64,000 bases of DNA from an uncultured archaeon (GCA_964493715.1 CAZBPC010000004.1:1-64000); one strand, 5' to 3'. Counted from the stretch's first letter, positions 1 through 10,757 are shown. Program-made: numbers and translations. The notes: generated by a model from the sequence alone, not told the origin.

Positions 1-1584
1 GTTGAATTTGAATCTTCAGGTTCGACTTTGTATGCGAATCTCTATTATCCCTCTAATGACTTACATTTTCAGAATACTCGTCCCCTAGTTATTTATTGCC
101 ATGGAATTGGAAGTCAACGGGATTTTGATTTAAGAATTCCAATAGAGTTATCTAGGCGAGGTTTCTATGTTGTAGCATTGGATTATCAAGGACATGGAGA
201 AAGTGGTGGAACAATTAGTGATATCGATCCTGTTACACATACACCGGCGCTCGCTGAAGATTGTTCTAAATTATTAGATAAATTAGAAACAATGCCTTTT
301 TATTCTGGGGTAAATACCTCTCAAATCGGTCTAATTGGTCATTCCTTGGGTGGAATGGTAGTATTAATGAATCAAGCTCTCGATCCTCGCTTTAACGTAA
401 CGGTAGCATGGGCTCCTTTGGTAAATTTTAATCCCCATCAGCTCGGGATTATCAGTCCAGAGTACGCTAATTATATCCCCGTGAATCTCATTAATAAAAC
501 CAATACTCATAATCTCTTAATAATAATGCATGTAAATGATGATGCATTGAGTTTTAAGGATCAAGCGTTAAAAGCACAAAATTTAACAAATTGTGCGGTG
601 ATTGCCTTAAGCGGGTTCATACTTGGAAGTCCCCATCAACTTTTCACTGATGCCGTATTAATTGACTCGATAAATTGGTTTGAATTAAAATTTTTTAAAT
701 CAGAAACAATAAATGGACCAATTCACATATTGTACTTTTTAAATTATATATCCATATTTATTACATTAGGCTTCTTATTCACAATCATTCTTTTAACGAT
801 ATCATTTGCCGCAAAATCATTTCCTATTGGTATCAATACCCAAATTGATATTTCTTCATTAAAATCTAACAAAGTTTCTAAATTCACAAAGTTTCGTCAA
901 GGAATAAAGATCGTTATCTATACCACAATTTTTATTTTAAATTGGGAAATATTTTCTCAGATTTTTGGAATAGCAGGAATTTTTATTGCTTCTTTAAACA
1001 TATCTCTCATCTATACTATCATTGCATATAGAATTTACTTAAAAAAACTTAGCCAAGAAAACCGAAGATTTAATTTTATTGAACTTATAAAATCCCAAAT
1101 TCAACCCAAAAACCTCCTCTTTGCCATCTTTTGTAGCGCATTTTTTATTGGAGTTTACGTGCTCTTCTCATTTTCATATCCATTTGCATTCATGTGGCCA
1201 TCAAATGTCTTAAATTTATTGTTTGCAATAATTGCCTTTCCAATATACTTCTCTTTAGAAATCCTTTATCGAAAAGTTATTTATCCTCAGCTTTCTTTTT
1301 TAAAATCAGAAAGACAGAAAAGTTACGTAATTATTGGTATTGCTACTTATGTTCAGATTAATTTAATCACTTTAACATCATCATGGGCATTTTTTCCTTC
1401 AGTCATGTTCACATACTTGATTTTCTTAATCGTTATAATCCAAAATACCCTTATCTATGAGAAAACAAAGTGTTTTTCGACGGTTATCTTGAGTTCTTTC
1501 ACTATCATACAACTGATGTTTGCAACCGTGATTTCAAATGTTTTTGGAATTGGAGCAGTACTGCATCTATTTGTAAATTTATAA
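1..1584 (+). CDS. Alpha/beta hydrolase with C-terminal multi-pass membrane domain (5'-partial)
   Basis: HGxG oxyanion motif (CHGIG), GHSLG nucleophile elbow, hydrophobic C-terminal half. The frame is open from base 1, so the real start probably lies upstream of the window. Confidence 0.8.
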   Translation, partial: VEFESSGSTLYANLYYPSNDLHFQNTRPLVIYCHGIGSQRDFDLRIPIELSRRGFYVVALDYQGHGESGGTISDIDPVTHTPALAEDCSKLLDKLETMPFYSGVNTSQIGLIGHSLGGMVVLMNQALDPRFNVTVAWAPLVNFNPHQLGIISPEYANYIPVNLINKTNTHNLLIIMHVNDDALSFKDQALKAQNLTNCAVIALSGFILGSPHQLFTDAVLIDSINWFELKFFKSETINGPIHILYFLNYISIFITLGFLFTIILLTISFAAKSFPIGINTQIDISSLKSNKVSKFTKFRQGIKIVIYTTIFILNWEIFSQIFGIAGIFIASLNISLIYTIIAYRIYLKKLSQENRRFNFIELIKSQIQPKNLLFAIFCSAFFIGVYVLFSFSYPFAFMWPSNVLNLLFAIIAFPIYFSLEILYRKVIYPQLSFLKSERQKSYVIIGIATYVQINLITLTSSWAFFPSVMFTYLIFLIVIIQNTLIYEKTKCFSTVILSSFTIIQLMFATVISNVFGIGAVLHLFVNL

Positions 1585-1639
1585 AAATTAAAAAATATAA
1601 ATTTTTAATAATAAATCCATATTACCATTATCTATTATC

Positions 1640-2872
1640 ATGGCTGTAAATGAATCTTCAGATAATAAATCAAAAAAAAAACCACGTTTAATACTTGGAG
1701 TAACTATACCAGTATTTATGCTGGGGTTAGTTTCTTTATTTACAGATATTTCTAGCGAATCAATTCAAAGTTTTTTCCCCTTATTTATAATTTCGATAGG
1801 TGGATCGGCATTTGCGATCGGGATCATTTCAGGAATAACTGAAGCAATTTCAAACATTCTAAAAGGATTATCGGGATGGATGAGTGATAAATTTAATAGA
1901 AGAAAACCATTTGTGGTAGCTGGTTATACAGTTTCTAACCTTTCAAAACCATTAATGGCTTTCAGTCCTTCTTGGGAAATTGTATTGGGATTGAAATCTA
2001 TAGATAGAGCTGGCAAAGGACTTCGAACATCCGCGAGAGACACGCTTATTTCCTATTATGCGATTGAGAAAGGAAAATCATTTGGAGTTCATCGAGCCAT
2101 GGATACTTCTGGGGCAGTTCTTGGAGCTGTATTAGCATTCATTTTACTATATTTTGCATGGACTTATCAGCAAATCATCTTGTTCTCAATTGTACCTGGT
2201 ATCTTTGCCATTATTTTGATCCTATTTATAAAAGATGTTGATCCAACAAAACTTACAGAATTGATGAAATTTCAGTCTGAGGTGCCGAAAGTTGATCGAA
2301 TTGATAAAAACTTTATAAAGTTAATAATCATCCTTGGCGTAATCGAATTTGCATCCATTAATATTTCATTTTTACAACTAAGGTCTATCGATTACTTATT
2401 CGCAGATTTCTTCATACCAGTTCTATATTTGATTTCTAATATCGTTTATATGGTTCTTTCACCCTTCTTGGGTTCCTTATCGGATAAAATAGGGAGAAAA
2501 CCGGTGATTATAACGGGTTTATCTATATTATTAGTATTATCTATCATACTAGCAGTTCCCGTTGATATTAATTTCTTTTCATTGATCTTAATTATAATAG
2601 TATGGATAATGTTTGGATTTTATATGGCATCCGTTGATCCTATTTCGAGAGCTTATATTGCTGATCTTGTCGGAAAGAATAAAAGGGGAAGGGCTTATGG
2701 ATATTATTATCTTTCGGTGGGGTTAATCTCGCTCGGTGAATCTTTAATATTCGGTTTTATTTATAACTATTTCTCCTACACGGTGGCCTTCATTTATGTA
2801 TCGATTTTATTATCGATATGCATAGTGATTTTTGCCGTAACTGATTTCTCTAAAATAATTGAAAAGAAATAG
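1640..2872 (+). CDS. MFS transporter
   Basis: About 12 hydrophobic segments; MFS motif A twice (GWMSDKFNRR, GSLSDKIGRK). Confidence 0.9.
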   Translation: MAVNESSDNKSKKKPRLILGVTIPVFMLGLVSLFTDISSESIQSFFPLFIISIGGSAFAIGIISGITEAISNILKGLSGWMSDKFNRRKPFVVAGYTVSNLSKPLMAFSPSWEIVLGLKSIDRAGKGLRTSARDTLISYYAIEKGKSFGVHRAMDTSGAVLGAVLAFILLYFAWTYQQIILFSIVPGIFAIILILFIKDVDPTKLTELMKFQSEVPKVDRIDKNFIKLIIILGVIEFASINISFLQLRSIDYLFADFFIPVLYLISNIVYMVLSPFLGSLSDKIGRKPVIITGLSILLVLSIILAVPVDINFFSLILIIIVWIMFGFYMASVDPISRAYIADLVGKNKRGRAYGYYYLSVGLISLGESLIFGFIYNYFSYTVAFIYVSILLSICIVIFAVTDFSKIIEKK

Positions 2873-2881
2873 GGATGGAAA

Positions 2882-4150
2882 TTATTTTTTTTTTTCTAAA
2901 CTCCATAAACGAGCTAAATTAAGGATCACTTCTGTAGCCTTTAGCATTCCTTTTGTTGGAATAAACTCCTTTCTTGAATGAAAGAGAGATCCTCCACTAA
3001 ATAAATTGGGAGTTGGAATTCCCATTTCACTCAACCTTGCACCATCAGTACCACCCCGTATGGCGGGAGAAATGACTTCTAATCCCGCTTCCTCTATAGC
3101 TTTCGTTGCAATCTCAATAACATGTTTATTTTTTTCTATATAGACTAACATGTTTTTATATTGATGCAATAAATTGAGTTCGATCTTCAAACCAGGATAT
3201 CGAATCTCAAATAGGCTTTTAAGTGATTTTATATAATTTATCCTTCTTTCATTATTATCTGAATCGTGATCTCTTATGATAAGTTTTGCAGTTGTTTCCT
3301 CTTCATCTCCTTGTAAATGATTTAAATGGAAAAATCCTTCACGTTCCTCAGTATGTTCCGGACTCTCTGATTCTGGGATATTGCTGAAAAACCTGCTTGC
3401 AATATGAATAGCGTTTATCATCTTGTTTTTTGCATGTCCTGGATGAACACTTAATCCTATGAACTTAATTTGAGCGAGCCATGCATCAAAACACTCATAT
3501 TCTAATTCCCCCATTTTTCCTCCATCTAATGTATAACATGCTTCAGGTAATCGACTTTTATCAATTTTAACCGTTCCCATTCCTATCTCCTCATCGGGTG
3601 TAAAACATATAGTTATTGGGCCGTGTGTAAATTCGGAGTATTTCTGCCATATTTTGCACGCAGTCATGATTTCAGCAATACCAGCTTTATCATCAGCTCC
3701 TAGTAAGGTATCCCCAGAAGAAGTAATAATATCAAGTCCTATATATTCTTCCAATTCAGGAGCATCTTTCAAGGTGATTTCTAGGTCATCAACATTTGGG
3801 AGTTTGATAGACACGCCCTTGTAATTTTTATGAATAATCGGTTTAACATCCTTTCCACTTACTGCATCAGAAGTGTCTAAATGAGCAATCAATCCAATAG
3901 GTGGTGCATTTTCTAATCCTTTCGACGAAGGCAGATCAGCATATACATAACCAAATTCATCATGAACTATATTTTCTAAATCTAGTTCTTTTAATTCTTC
4001 AACTAGTATCTTTCCTAAATCAAGTTGATTCAAACTTGAGGGATGAGTCGATGAATTACTATCTGAAGTAGTCCAAACCTGGACATATCTAAGAAATCGT
4101 TCAATTACGTTTTTCAATAAAAAATCTTGAACTTCAGCTGATATATTCAT
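2882..4150 (-). CDS. pepT: Peptidase T (M20B tripeptide aminopeptidase)
   Basis: AHLDT, LLGADDKAG, PDEEIG, HPGHAK, IRGGTDGARLS and FHSRKE motifs. Confidence 0.92.
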   Translation of the reverse strand: MNISAEVQDFLLKNVIERFLRYVQVWTTSDSNSSTHPSSLNQLDLGKILVEELKELDLENIVHDEFGYVYADLPSSKGLENAPPIGLIAHLDTSDAVSGKDVKPIIHKNYKGVSIKLPNVDDLEITLKDAPELEEYIGLDIITSSGDTLLGADDKAGIAEIMTACKIWQKYSEFTHGPITICFTPDEEIGMGTVKIDKSRLPEACYTLDGGKMGELEYECFDAWLAQIKFIGLSVHPGHAKNKMINAIHIASRFFSNIPESESPEHTEEREGFFHLNHLQGDEEETTAKLIIRDHDSDNNERRINYIKSLKSLFEIRYPGLKIELNLLHQYKNMLVYIEKNKHVIEIATKAIEEAGLEVISPAIRGGTDGARLSEMGIPTPNLFSGGSLFHSRKEFIPTKGMLKATEVILNLARLWSLEKKK

Positions 4151-4264
4151 ATTTTAAGAAATTCATCTTAAATTTTAAAGTTCAACATTATTGAATACTG
4201 AATTATTTAAAAATAAAAAAAGAAGATGATTTGTAAAATTGATTCTGTTGTCGTAATATCATTT

Positions 4265-4939
4265 CTACCATATTTCATATTTTTGATCTAGCTTTAATCC
4301 ATATACCACTAAATACGGGAGAATTAAATCCCAAAGACTGGTTTCTGCATTGATAATAATCACACCAATCACCACGGCATTCCAACCCCTTATAGAAGGT
4401 AATCCAATGAATTCAAGGAGTGGAGAATTCAAAAAGCTCGAAAATAAGGTTAAAAATAACCATGCATTAAATATCATCATTACAATTATTCTTAGGATAA
4501 TACCTAAAGACCCCGTCAATACATATGAGCTTAATTTTTTATATTTTTGACTATTTCGAATACCAGGTTCGGTTTTGTATAGTCTTAATAATAGAATTGG
4601 AACAATGATTAGAGATAATGTTGCAGAAAGTTTCATCAAGGGACCAATTGGTGTAAATGGATCAAAAGGGAAAAGAGCCAGAGTTCCAATGAGGCAACAC
4701 AATAATCCTGATTTAGGTCCAAAGATTAAAAAACACGTGATCCATAAGATTGAGACAGGATCAATAATCGCAATACCCCAACCAGGAATTCTAGGTATAA
4801 TGGGTGTCAAGAATGCTGAAAGTACAAGCGACATGGCGCCAAACAATGCAGCACCAGTAACTTCGAGAGTTAAACGTGTTCTTTTGGACATTGACGTTGC
4901 TATTTCCTTTGTTTCATGTAGTTCTCTTTCCATTTTCAT
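4265..4939 (-). CDS. Membrane protein, ECF transporter S-component-like
   Basis: About 6 TM segments; AALFGAMSLVL...IDP...FGPKSG pattern resembles S components. Confidence 0.55.
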   Translation of the reverse strand: MKMERELHETKEIATSMSKRTRLTLEVTGAALFGAMSLVLSAFLTPIIPRIPGWGIAIIDPVSILWITCFLIFGPKSGLLCCLIGTLALFPFDPFTPIGPLMKLSATLSLIIVPILLLRLYKTEPGIRNSQKYKKLSSYVLTGSLGIILRIIVMMIFNAWLFLTLFSSFLNSPLLEFIGLPSIRGWNAVVIGVIIINAETSLWDLILPYLVVYGLKLDQKYEIW

Positions 4940-5174
4940 CTTTAATTTCTTTTTAATAGTATTAGGTTGTAAAATTTAATTCCATTTTTAATTATTTGGG
5001 TAGATCGAATTATACGATTTTAAAAATCGAAAAGTAGTTAGTGCAGAAATTATGATACTTTATTATAAATTTATTAATATATATATACTAGTTTATTAAA
5101 ATTAACCCAAAAATAAAAATTCTAATTTATAATGAGAACATTTTCGATGATCTCTCTTACTCAAAAATGAGTAA

Positions 5175-6551
5175 TTATTTTTCTGAATCAATTTTTAGAA
5201 TTTTTTTTTCAGTTGCATCCAACTCTAACCAGTCACTGATGAGTTTATGTTGTTTCCTTGTAGTGCCAGCTAATACTCTTAGAAATGGGAGAAAATCCTG
5301 GATTGCTTCAATTTCTGAAATATCATATTTTTTCTTGATCTTTTCTATAACTAAACGTTCATTAGCAGTTAAGGAAAACATTCCCGTTGATCTATATCTT
5401 GGAAATGTAACTTTTTTAAAACCTTGATAATCTTCTTTAGTTTTACGAGATATTGCCACTCCTCCAGCAAAAAGGTCATAGAAATATGGTAAAGTGGACC
5501 AATTTTGGGTTTTTTGAATTCTACCAAATATTTGATCAGCAATCGATAAATTCTCGTATGCTTCAACAAGCTCCGAATTCATTTTAATGAATGATGGGAT
5601 GTTCTCATTAACCCATTTGTATAAAAAATTATAATCAACATCAGATTTATCTGTTAAAGCCCTTGCATCTCTCAATGTTGATATTTTTTGGAACAAGTCC
5701 CTTATTAATAAAAAGATTTCTTCAGTACTATCTCTATTTAAGCTTCTAATTAAATCTATATTGAGTTTTCCAACACTTCCTTGACTGATACCTTGAAGAT
5801 CATTAATTAATCCGCGTAAATCACCATGGTTTTTCTCAATTATCGATTTTATTGTTTCTTCCTTAAGTTTAGTAATATGTTCATTTTTTAATATCCGGGT
5901 TGCAATCCTTAACATCTCATCCGTGGATAATGGATTTATTTCTAATTTATATATTTTGTTATATAGTGGTTGTAAATTTTGTTTATATTCATTTGAGCAC
6001 ATTATTATGGGAAATTGCGTGGTATCAATAATATTTAAAATTGTTGGCACGGCACCCTTATCAGTTACTCCATAAAGTCCATCAATTTCATCAATTAAAA
6101 TAATTTTATCCTTAGATTCAGAAATAAAATCCATAATTCCTTTGGATTTTACCGTTTCATTTAATTTCGATTCTAGAGTCTTTTTAGTTCTAACATCAGA
6201 TGCATTAGTTTCAATAACTTCCATATTTAAATCGTTTGCAAGAGCATACACTATAGATGTCTTTCCTACGCCTGGTGGTCCTTCCATCAATATTGCTACT
6301 TTTTCTGGAGATAAAGTTAATAATTTTTCTTGCTCTTTTTCAACATGAATTCGGTTAAATGATTTGATTTTCCTATTTTTCTCATTATTATACCTCTTTT
6401 CTTTAAAAAAAGTCTTGATAAATTTTCTCAATTCTTCTGCTAACTCAACTTTATGCCCCTTTAATTTAGCTGAAGGCAATGCCATTTCACTCATTGATTT
6501 TGGGCGATATTTTTCTACCCAAGGCATCTTATTTGATGATGATTCACTCAT
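5175..6551 (-). CDS. rfcL: Replication factor C large subunit
   Basis: PWVEKYRP, Walker A GPPGVGKT, ETNASDVR, Walker B LIDEID, GDLRGLINDLQ, WVNEN. Confidence 0.9.
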   Translation of the reverse strand: MSESSSNKMPWVEKYRPKSMSEMALPSAKLKGHKVELAEELRKFIKTFFKEKRYNNEKNRKIKSFNRIHVEKEQEKLLTLSPEKVAILMEGPPGVGKTSIVYALANDLNMEVIETNASDVRTKKTLESKLNETVKSKGIMDFISESKDKIILIDEIDGLYGVTDKGAVPTILNIIDTTQFPIIMCSNEYKQNLQPLYNKIYKLEINPLSTDEMLRIATRILKNEHITKLKEETIKSIIEKNHGDLRGLINDLQGISQGSVGKLNIDLIRSLNRDSTEEIFLLIRDLFQKISTLRDARALTDKSDVDYNFLYKWVNENIPSFIKMNSELVEAYENLSIADQIFGRIQKTQNWSTLPYFYDLFAGGVAISRKTKEDYQGFKKVTFPRYRSTGMFSLTANERLVIEKIKKKYDISEIEAIQDFLPFLRVLAGTTRKQHKLISDWLELDATEKKILKIDSEK

Positions 6552-6560
6552 ATTCTTCTC

Positions 6561-7607
6561 CTATAAGAATTCTGAATAATAACACAATTTGGAAATCAAG
6601 TTTGAAATCTGGATGTCTGAATCATTTCCATCTATTGCACGAAAATCTGCATCTGCTATCATAGTTATAAGATTAGAAAGGGCATAGGTACCAAGCGGGA
6701 TCTTTGTTAATTCATTATAAAGCAATAAAAATAATTCTTGAACATTATATTTATAATTTGATTGGACTTTTCGAGATAAATCCCTCGCTTTATCAAACTG
6801 TCCCTTCAAAGTCATTAACAGAAGACTCCGAATCAGATCCTTTTGAAGCATCATTGAGTTTTCATATAGATTATCGGTACTTACAGTATTATCACTGATT
6901 GAAGTAATTTGAAGTAAATCTATTGCTTTTGCTATTTTTCCATTTGTAATTTTATATAAATGTTCTATGGTTCCGTTATCTATCATTAAATTTTCATTTT
7001 TAGCGACGTTTGTGATCAAAGTATTGAAATCTTTAATATCTACAGGAGGAATCATAATAAGTTGGCATCTACTTTTAATTGGATCTATTATCCCAGAGAC
7101 ATTATGTGAAATTAGAATCATGCGACAGTTCGAACCATAGCTCTCCATCAATCTTCTAAATCCTTGCTGATTAGATCCTAGAACCTCAAAATTCTTCACG
7201 ATTAATATTTTAAATGGTACATCCCCCAATGCTTTTATTCTTACAAAAGGTTTGATTTTTACTTGAATGAATGCTGGAGTTGTAATCGTTTTTCCTGCCA
7301 AACGACCTAGCTTACCAGTTGAATAATGAGCTTCCGATCGAGCCTTATCACGCTCTTCACTAGTTAAAGGAACGTCAGCATATATAATCTGAAAGTTAGG
7401 TTCATAAAATGAACCTAAGAATTCTTGACAGAATAAATTTGCAATAGTTGTTTTACCAATACCTTCTGATCCAAGTAAAAGTAAATGAGGGAAATTCTCA
7501 CTTTTAATGTATTCTTTTAATCTATTTTTTACTATAGATCTTCCGCATACTTCATCGAGAGTTTTAGGTAAATACTTAATCCTCCATATTGGAATATTTT
7601 CTACCAA
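6561..7607 (-). CDS. RFC small-subunit paralog with degenerate Walker B
   Basis: WRIKYLP, FPHLLLLGSEGIGKTT, QQGFRRLME, arginine-finger SRC. Walker B DE is replaced (LIVKNFE). Confidence 0.8.
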   Translation of the reverse strand: MVENIPIWRIKYLPKTLDEVCGRSIVKNRLKEYIKSENFPHLLLLGSEGIGKTTIANLFCQEFLGSFYEPNFQIIYADVPLTSEERDKARSEAHYSTGKLGRLAGKTITTPAFIQVKIKPFVRIKALGDVPFKILIVKNFEVLGSNQQGFRRLMESYGSNCRMILISHNVSGIIDPIKSRCQLIMIPPVDIKDFNTLITNVAKNENLMIDNGTIEHLYKITNGKIAKAIDLLQITSISDNTVSTDNLYENSMMLQKDLIRSLLLMTLKGQFDKARDLSRKVQSNYKYNVQELFLLLYNELTKIPLGTYALSNLITMIADADFRAIDGNDSDIQISNLISKLCYYSEFL

Positions 7608-7627
7608 ATTATCCTCCTCTCTCGAAA

Positions 7628-8620
7628 TTATTCATTAGTAATATTAGCGATTAATTCTGATAATAAAGCTGTCATCTGCATTCTTTCATCTGCACCTTGA
7701 CTTATTCGAAAGTCAATTTCACCAATAAATGCATTGATTAATGGGTATTGCTCTTGTTTTATATTAAGTTCCGGTAAAATTTCAACAATTTGACGAATAA
7801 AATTTCTGCTATCAAAATTCTCAATTGAACTTAAAAGATCTTTAACTTTTCCTACTTGGCAGTCATTTAAAATTTCAACTAATTTCTTCATCGTGTTGTT
7901 ATCAATATATCCTGAAATCTTGAATAACTCATCTAAATCTAAATTATCTACTAATTCAAGGGCAACCGACATCTGTAACGTGTTGATTGCTTTTCTTAAA
8001 TCTCCACCTGAAATGAAATAAAGAGTAGCATAGAATTCATCTGATTTATCTTTTGGAATTTTTAAATTCTCCTGCTTTGAGATGAATTTTAATCTCTTTA
8101 TAATCATTTCTTTACTCAAATTTGCAAACCTAAATACAGCACATCTAGAAATGATGGGATCTATAATTTTATTAATATAATTACACAATAAAATAAATTT
8201 TACCGAAGTTGATGTTTTTTCAATAATCCTTCTTAGTGCTTGTTGGACTTGACCCGGAATGTTATCTGCTTCGTCTAAAATCACGAATTTTAAGGATTTG
8301 TTTTTAATTATCATTGAATGATCGATAAAATTCTTGATTACGGTTCTAACATAATCCATCCTTACGGTATCGGATGCATTCAATTCTAACACATTTCTAT
8401 GGTAATTATTTTCTCCCACCATAGATCTTGCGATGATTAATGCCGTGCTTGTCTTTCCCGTGCCAGCAGGACCAGTGAAGATCATGTGCGGTATGTCTTG
8501 TTTTAAAACTAATTCTGTTAGATTATTGATTGCGATATTCTGACTTACAATTTCACTAAAGGATTTCGGTCTATATTTTTCAACCCAAGGTGTCTCTAAA
8601 TCAATCAATAATGCACTCAC
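7628..8620 (-). CDS. rfcS: Replication factor C small subunit
   Basis: PWVEKYRP, GPAGTGKT, LELNASD, ILDEAD, QQALRRIIE, ISRC, GDLRKAINTLQ. Confidence 0.93.
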   Translation of the reverse strand: MSALLIDLETPWVEKYRPKSFSEIVSQNIAINNLTELVLKQDIPHMIFTGPAGTGKTSTALIIARSMVGENNYHRNVLELNASDTVRMDYVRTVIKNFIDHSMIIKNKSLKFVILDEADNIPGQVQQALRRIIEKTSTSVKFILLCNYINKIIDPIISRCAVFRFANLSKEMIIKRLKFISKQENLKIPKDKSDEFYATLYFISGGDLRKAINTLQMSVALELVDNLDLDELFKISGYIDNNTMKKLVEILNDCQVGKVKDLLSSIENFDSRNFIRQIVEILPELNIKQEQYPLINAFIGEIDFRISQGADERMQMTALLSELIANITNE

Positions 8621-8643
8621 TTTTACGTTCTAACTTATCTTTA

Positions 8644-9108
8644 CTATTTTCCCGTAAGATCTAACTCCAATACTTCATAAACTTTTTTGAAATTCATTTT
8701 TGAGTATAAGGAAGCTGCTTCTTTAGCTTCATCTTTTATATTAACTTTAATCTTTTCTACTTTTATTTTCTGTAAATGTTCTATCGCTTTCTTCAATAAT
8801 AATTCACCAATCCCAAGCTTTCTATACCCCTCCTTAAGAAAAACCTGTTTTATATATCCTTCAGAAGTGCCAAAAGGATCAATCCTTAATTCAGCAATGA
8901 TCATTCCAACAACCTCATTTTCTTTTTCTTTATCAACAGCGATCAATATTCCATGGCGCTGCAAACTGTCAAAAATTCTGCGCCTTATTCCCCAATCAAA
9001 ACGTTTTGGATCAAATTTCTGCCCTAAAGATTCTACTAATTCTCTTGTTAGGTTTTCTAAAGAATCGATATTTTCTGGAGTTGCGATCTCGATTATAATA
9101 TCTCTCAT
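8644..9108 (-). CDS. GNAT family N-acetyltransferase
   Basis: Acetyl-CoA motif A (VFLKEGYRKLGIGELLL) and A..LYSKMNF. Confidence 0.85.
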   Translation of the reverse strand: MRDIIIEIATPENIDSLENLTRELVESLGQKFDPKRFDWGIRRRIFDSLQRHGILIAVDKEKENEVVGMIIAELRIDPFGTSEGYIKQVFLKEGYRKLGIGELLLKKAIEHLQKIKVEKIKVNIKDEAKEAASLYSKMNFKKVYEVLELDLTGK

Positions 9109-9354
9109 GATATCTTTACGCTCGTATCTTATTTTATCAATAAAATATTTAATACACTTTCAAAATTTAAATGTTCTTCATGCGTGCTTAATAAAATATG
9201 TTGCATTTAATCTTCACTCACTTTTATTTTTAAGCGAAATATAATTGTAATCTGCGATATTAATCAAATTTTGTCTGAGATTGTAATCAAAATAAAATCA
9301 AGGTAATTTTATTTACAAAATGAGAATTTTGCTCAAAAAAAGGGTTATTTTATA

Positions 9355-9645
9355 TTAACGAGCTGATACGCCATCCCATGCTTTTACATCGGGGTCTTCA
9401 TAACCACAAACAGGACACTTTTGATTAACTTCCCAGGCCTCTAAAGCAGGATGTACCCTTGTGAAAAGTGATCCGCATTTTTGACAAACCAAGAATTTAG
9501 CACCGCATCCTTCACACATCTTTAGTTGACCTTTTTCAACAAATCTGAATGTTCGAGCCATCCATTCATCATGGGCCAATCGAAATGAATCGCCTCCGCA
9601 TTGAGTGCAATGCTTACCATCTTCATCAACCATAATTATATTCAA
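9355..9645 (-). CDS. Small zinc-ribbon protein (four CxxC pairs)
   Basis: CTQC, CEGC, CQKC, CPVC. The real start may be the ATG at 9633. Confidence 0.75.
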   Translation of the reverse strand: MNIIMVDEDGKHCTQCGGDSFRLAHDEWMARTFRFVEKGQLKMCEGCGAKFLVCQKCGSLFTRVHPALEAWEVNQKCPVCGYEDPDVKAWDGVSAR

Positions 9646-9757
9646 CCTTCCAATATTATTTAAACTAATATATATTCTATAATTAATTTTAATTCTTTTT
9701 TAATTTAAATTTACTCTAATTAATTGGTTAAAAACTAAAAATGTAATCTGAAAAGTT

Positions 9758-10075
9758 TTACATTTCTAATTTTTTCGTTTTTCCGACAGTTTTTGGATTC
9801 ACTTGTTCAAGTTCTTGAATTAATTTAAATGTATTATCATCATTTAGGACATCCATGAACTTAACAAACATCTCCTTGTTGCTAACGAATAATCCTTTTC
9901 GTTTCATTGGTTTACCATCATCTTTAAGAGGATTTATCTCTAAATATAGCACTGAAGGTTTTGTTTTTGTGGCTGGAGCTTTAACCACATATACACCTTC
10001 AACAGGAGTTTCCATTTTTTCCCAATCACCACCTTTTTCTAAATGCTCCATTAATTGAGATTTAATATCAGCCAT
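9758..10075 (-). CDS. Hypothetical archaeal protein
   Basis: 105-aa ORF with ATG start and upstream GAGG; globular composition. Confidence 0.7.
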   Translation of the reverse strand: MADIKSQLMEHLEKGGDWEKMETPVEGVYVVKAPATKTKPSVLYLEINPLKDDGKPMKRKGLFVSNKEMFVKFMDVLNDDNTFKLIQELEQVNPKTVGKTKKLEM

Positions 10076-10389
10076 AATTATTTTTACCTCATTTTTTTTA
10101 ATACTTAGTGTTATTACATATTATGTGTTACCCCTATATATAAGGCAAATTATAAATAATTTTCTAAAATATAAAGAATTTCTAAAACTTAAAAAAATTC
10201 ACAGTTTTTTACTACGATTACCTCACCTAATCAGAAAATTTAATGTCGAAATAAAACTACAACTCTTTCATTTATGTCGACTTACTGGGGGTCATTTTCC
10301 ATAGCAAGCTTTTTAAAGGTAAACGATCCATTGTACTATATATATCTCTGTGATATTATTGATTCAAAAAATTATTGGAGTAATAGAAA

Positions 10390-10605
10390 ATGAAGTTAAT
10401 TTCAGTAAATTTACCAGAATCATATTTAAAAGTTTTAGAAATATTGGTTGCTGAAGGAAAGTTTCCTAATCGATCAGAAGCTATAAGAGTGGGTATAAGA
10501 GATTTAATCAAGACAGAATACCTTATAGAAGAATCAGTTAGGAGAAATTTAAACCCTAGTGTGTTAGAGTCTGAGATGGAAACAGAAATTCAAGAAATTT
10601 TTTAA
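10390..10605 (+). CDS. Ribbon-helix-helix (CopG/Arc/MetJ) regulator, CdrS-like
   Basis: MKLISVNLP beta ribbon plus GKFPNRSEAIRVGIRDL, typical of archaeal RHH proteins. Confidence 0.85.
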   Translation: MKLISVNLPESYLKVLEILVAEGKFPNRSEAIRVGIRDLIKTEYLIEESVRRNLNPSVLESEMETEIQEIF

Positions 10606-10611
10606 TTTTTA

Positions 10612-10668
10612 TTCATTTTTTTTATTATTTCTTTTCAAGAAGTTCTTTTATTCACGTCTTTCTCTCTG
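10612..10668. repeat. Direct repeat copy 1: non-coding duplicate of the 3' end and terminator of the 1488-aa gene
   Basis: ttcattttttttattatttcttttcaagaagttcttttattcacgtctttctctctg matches 11287-11340 with 2 substitutions and one 3-nt indel. Confidence 0.85.
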
Positions 10669-10740
10669 ATCTGAATTTCTCTCTATTATTTTCTTATCCT
10701 GTCAAGATCTGAATTTAAAATCATTTAAAAAATTAATAAT

Positions 10741-10757
10741 ATAGGGTACAGCCCTAT
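10741..10757 (-). terminator. Short hairpin directly 3' of the SECIS-like element (possible transcript 3' end)
   Basis: ATAGGG-N5-CCCTAT inverted repeat followed on the minus strand by an A/T-rich tract containing a T run. Confidence 0.4.

Noticed and set aside
8687-9244. 185-aa + strand ORF and the other short antisense ORFs in the track (e.g. 4575-4979, 22973-23287, 43925-44236, 45647-45946)
   Set aside because: They overlap well-supported genes on the opposite strand and have no motifs; shadow ORFs.
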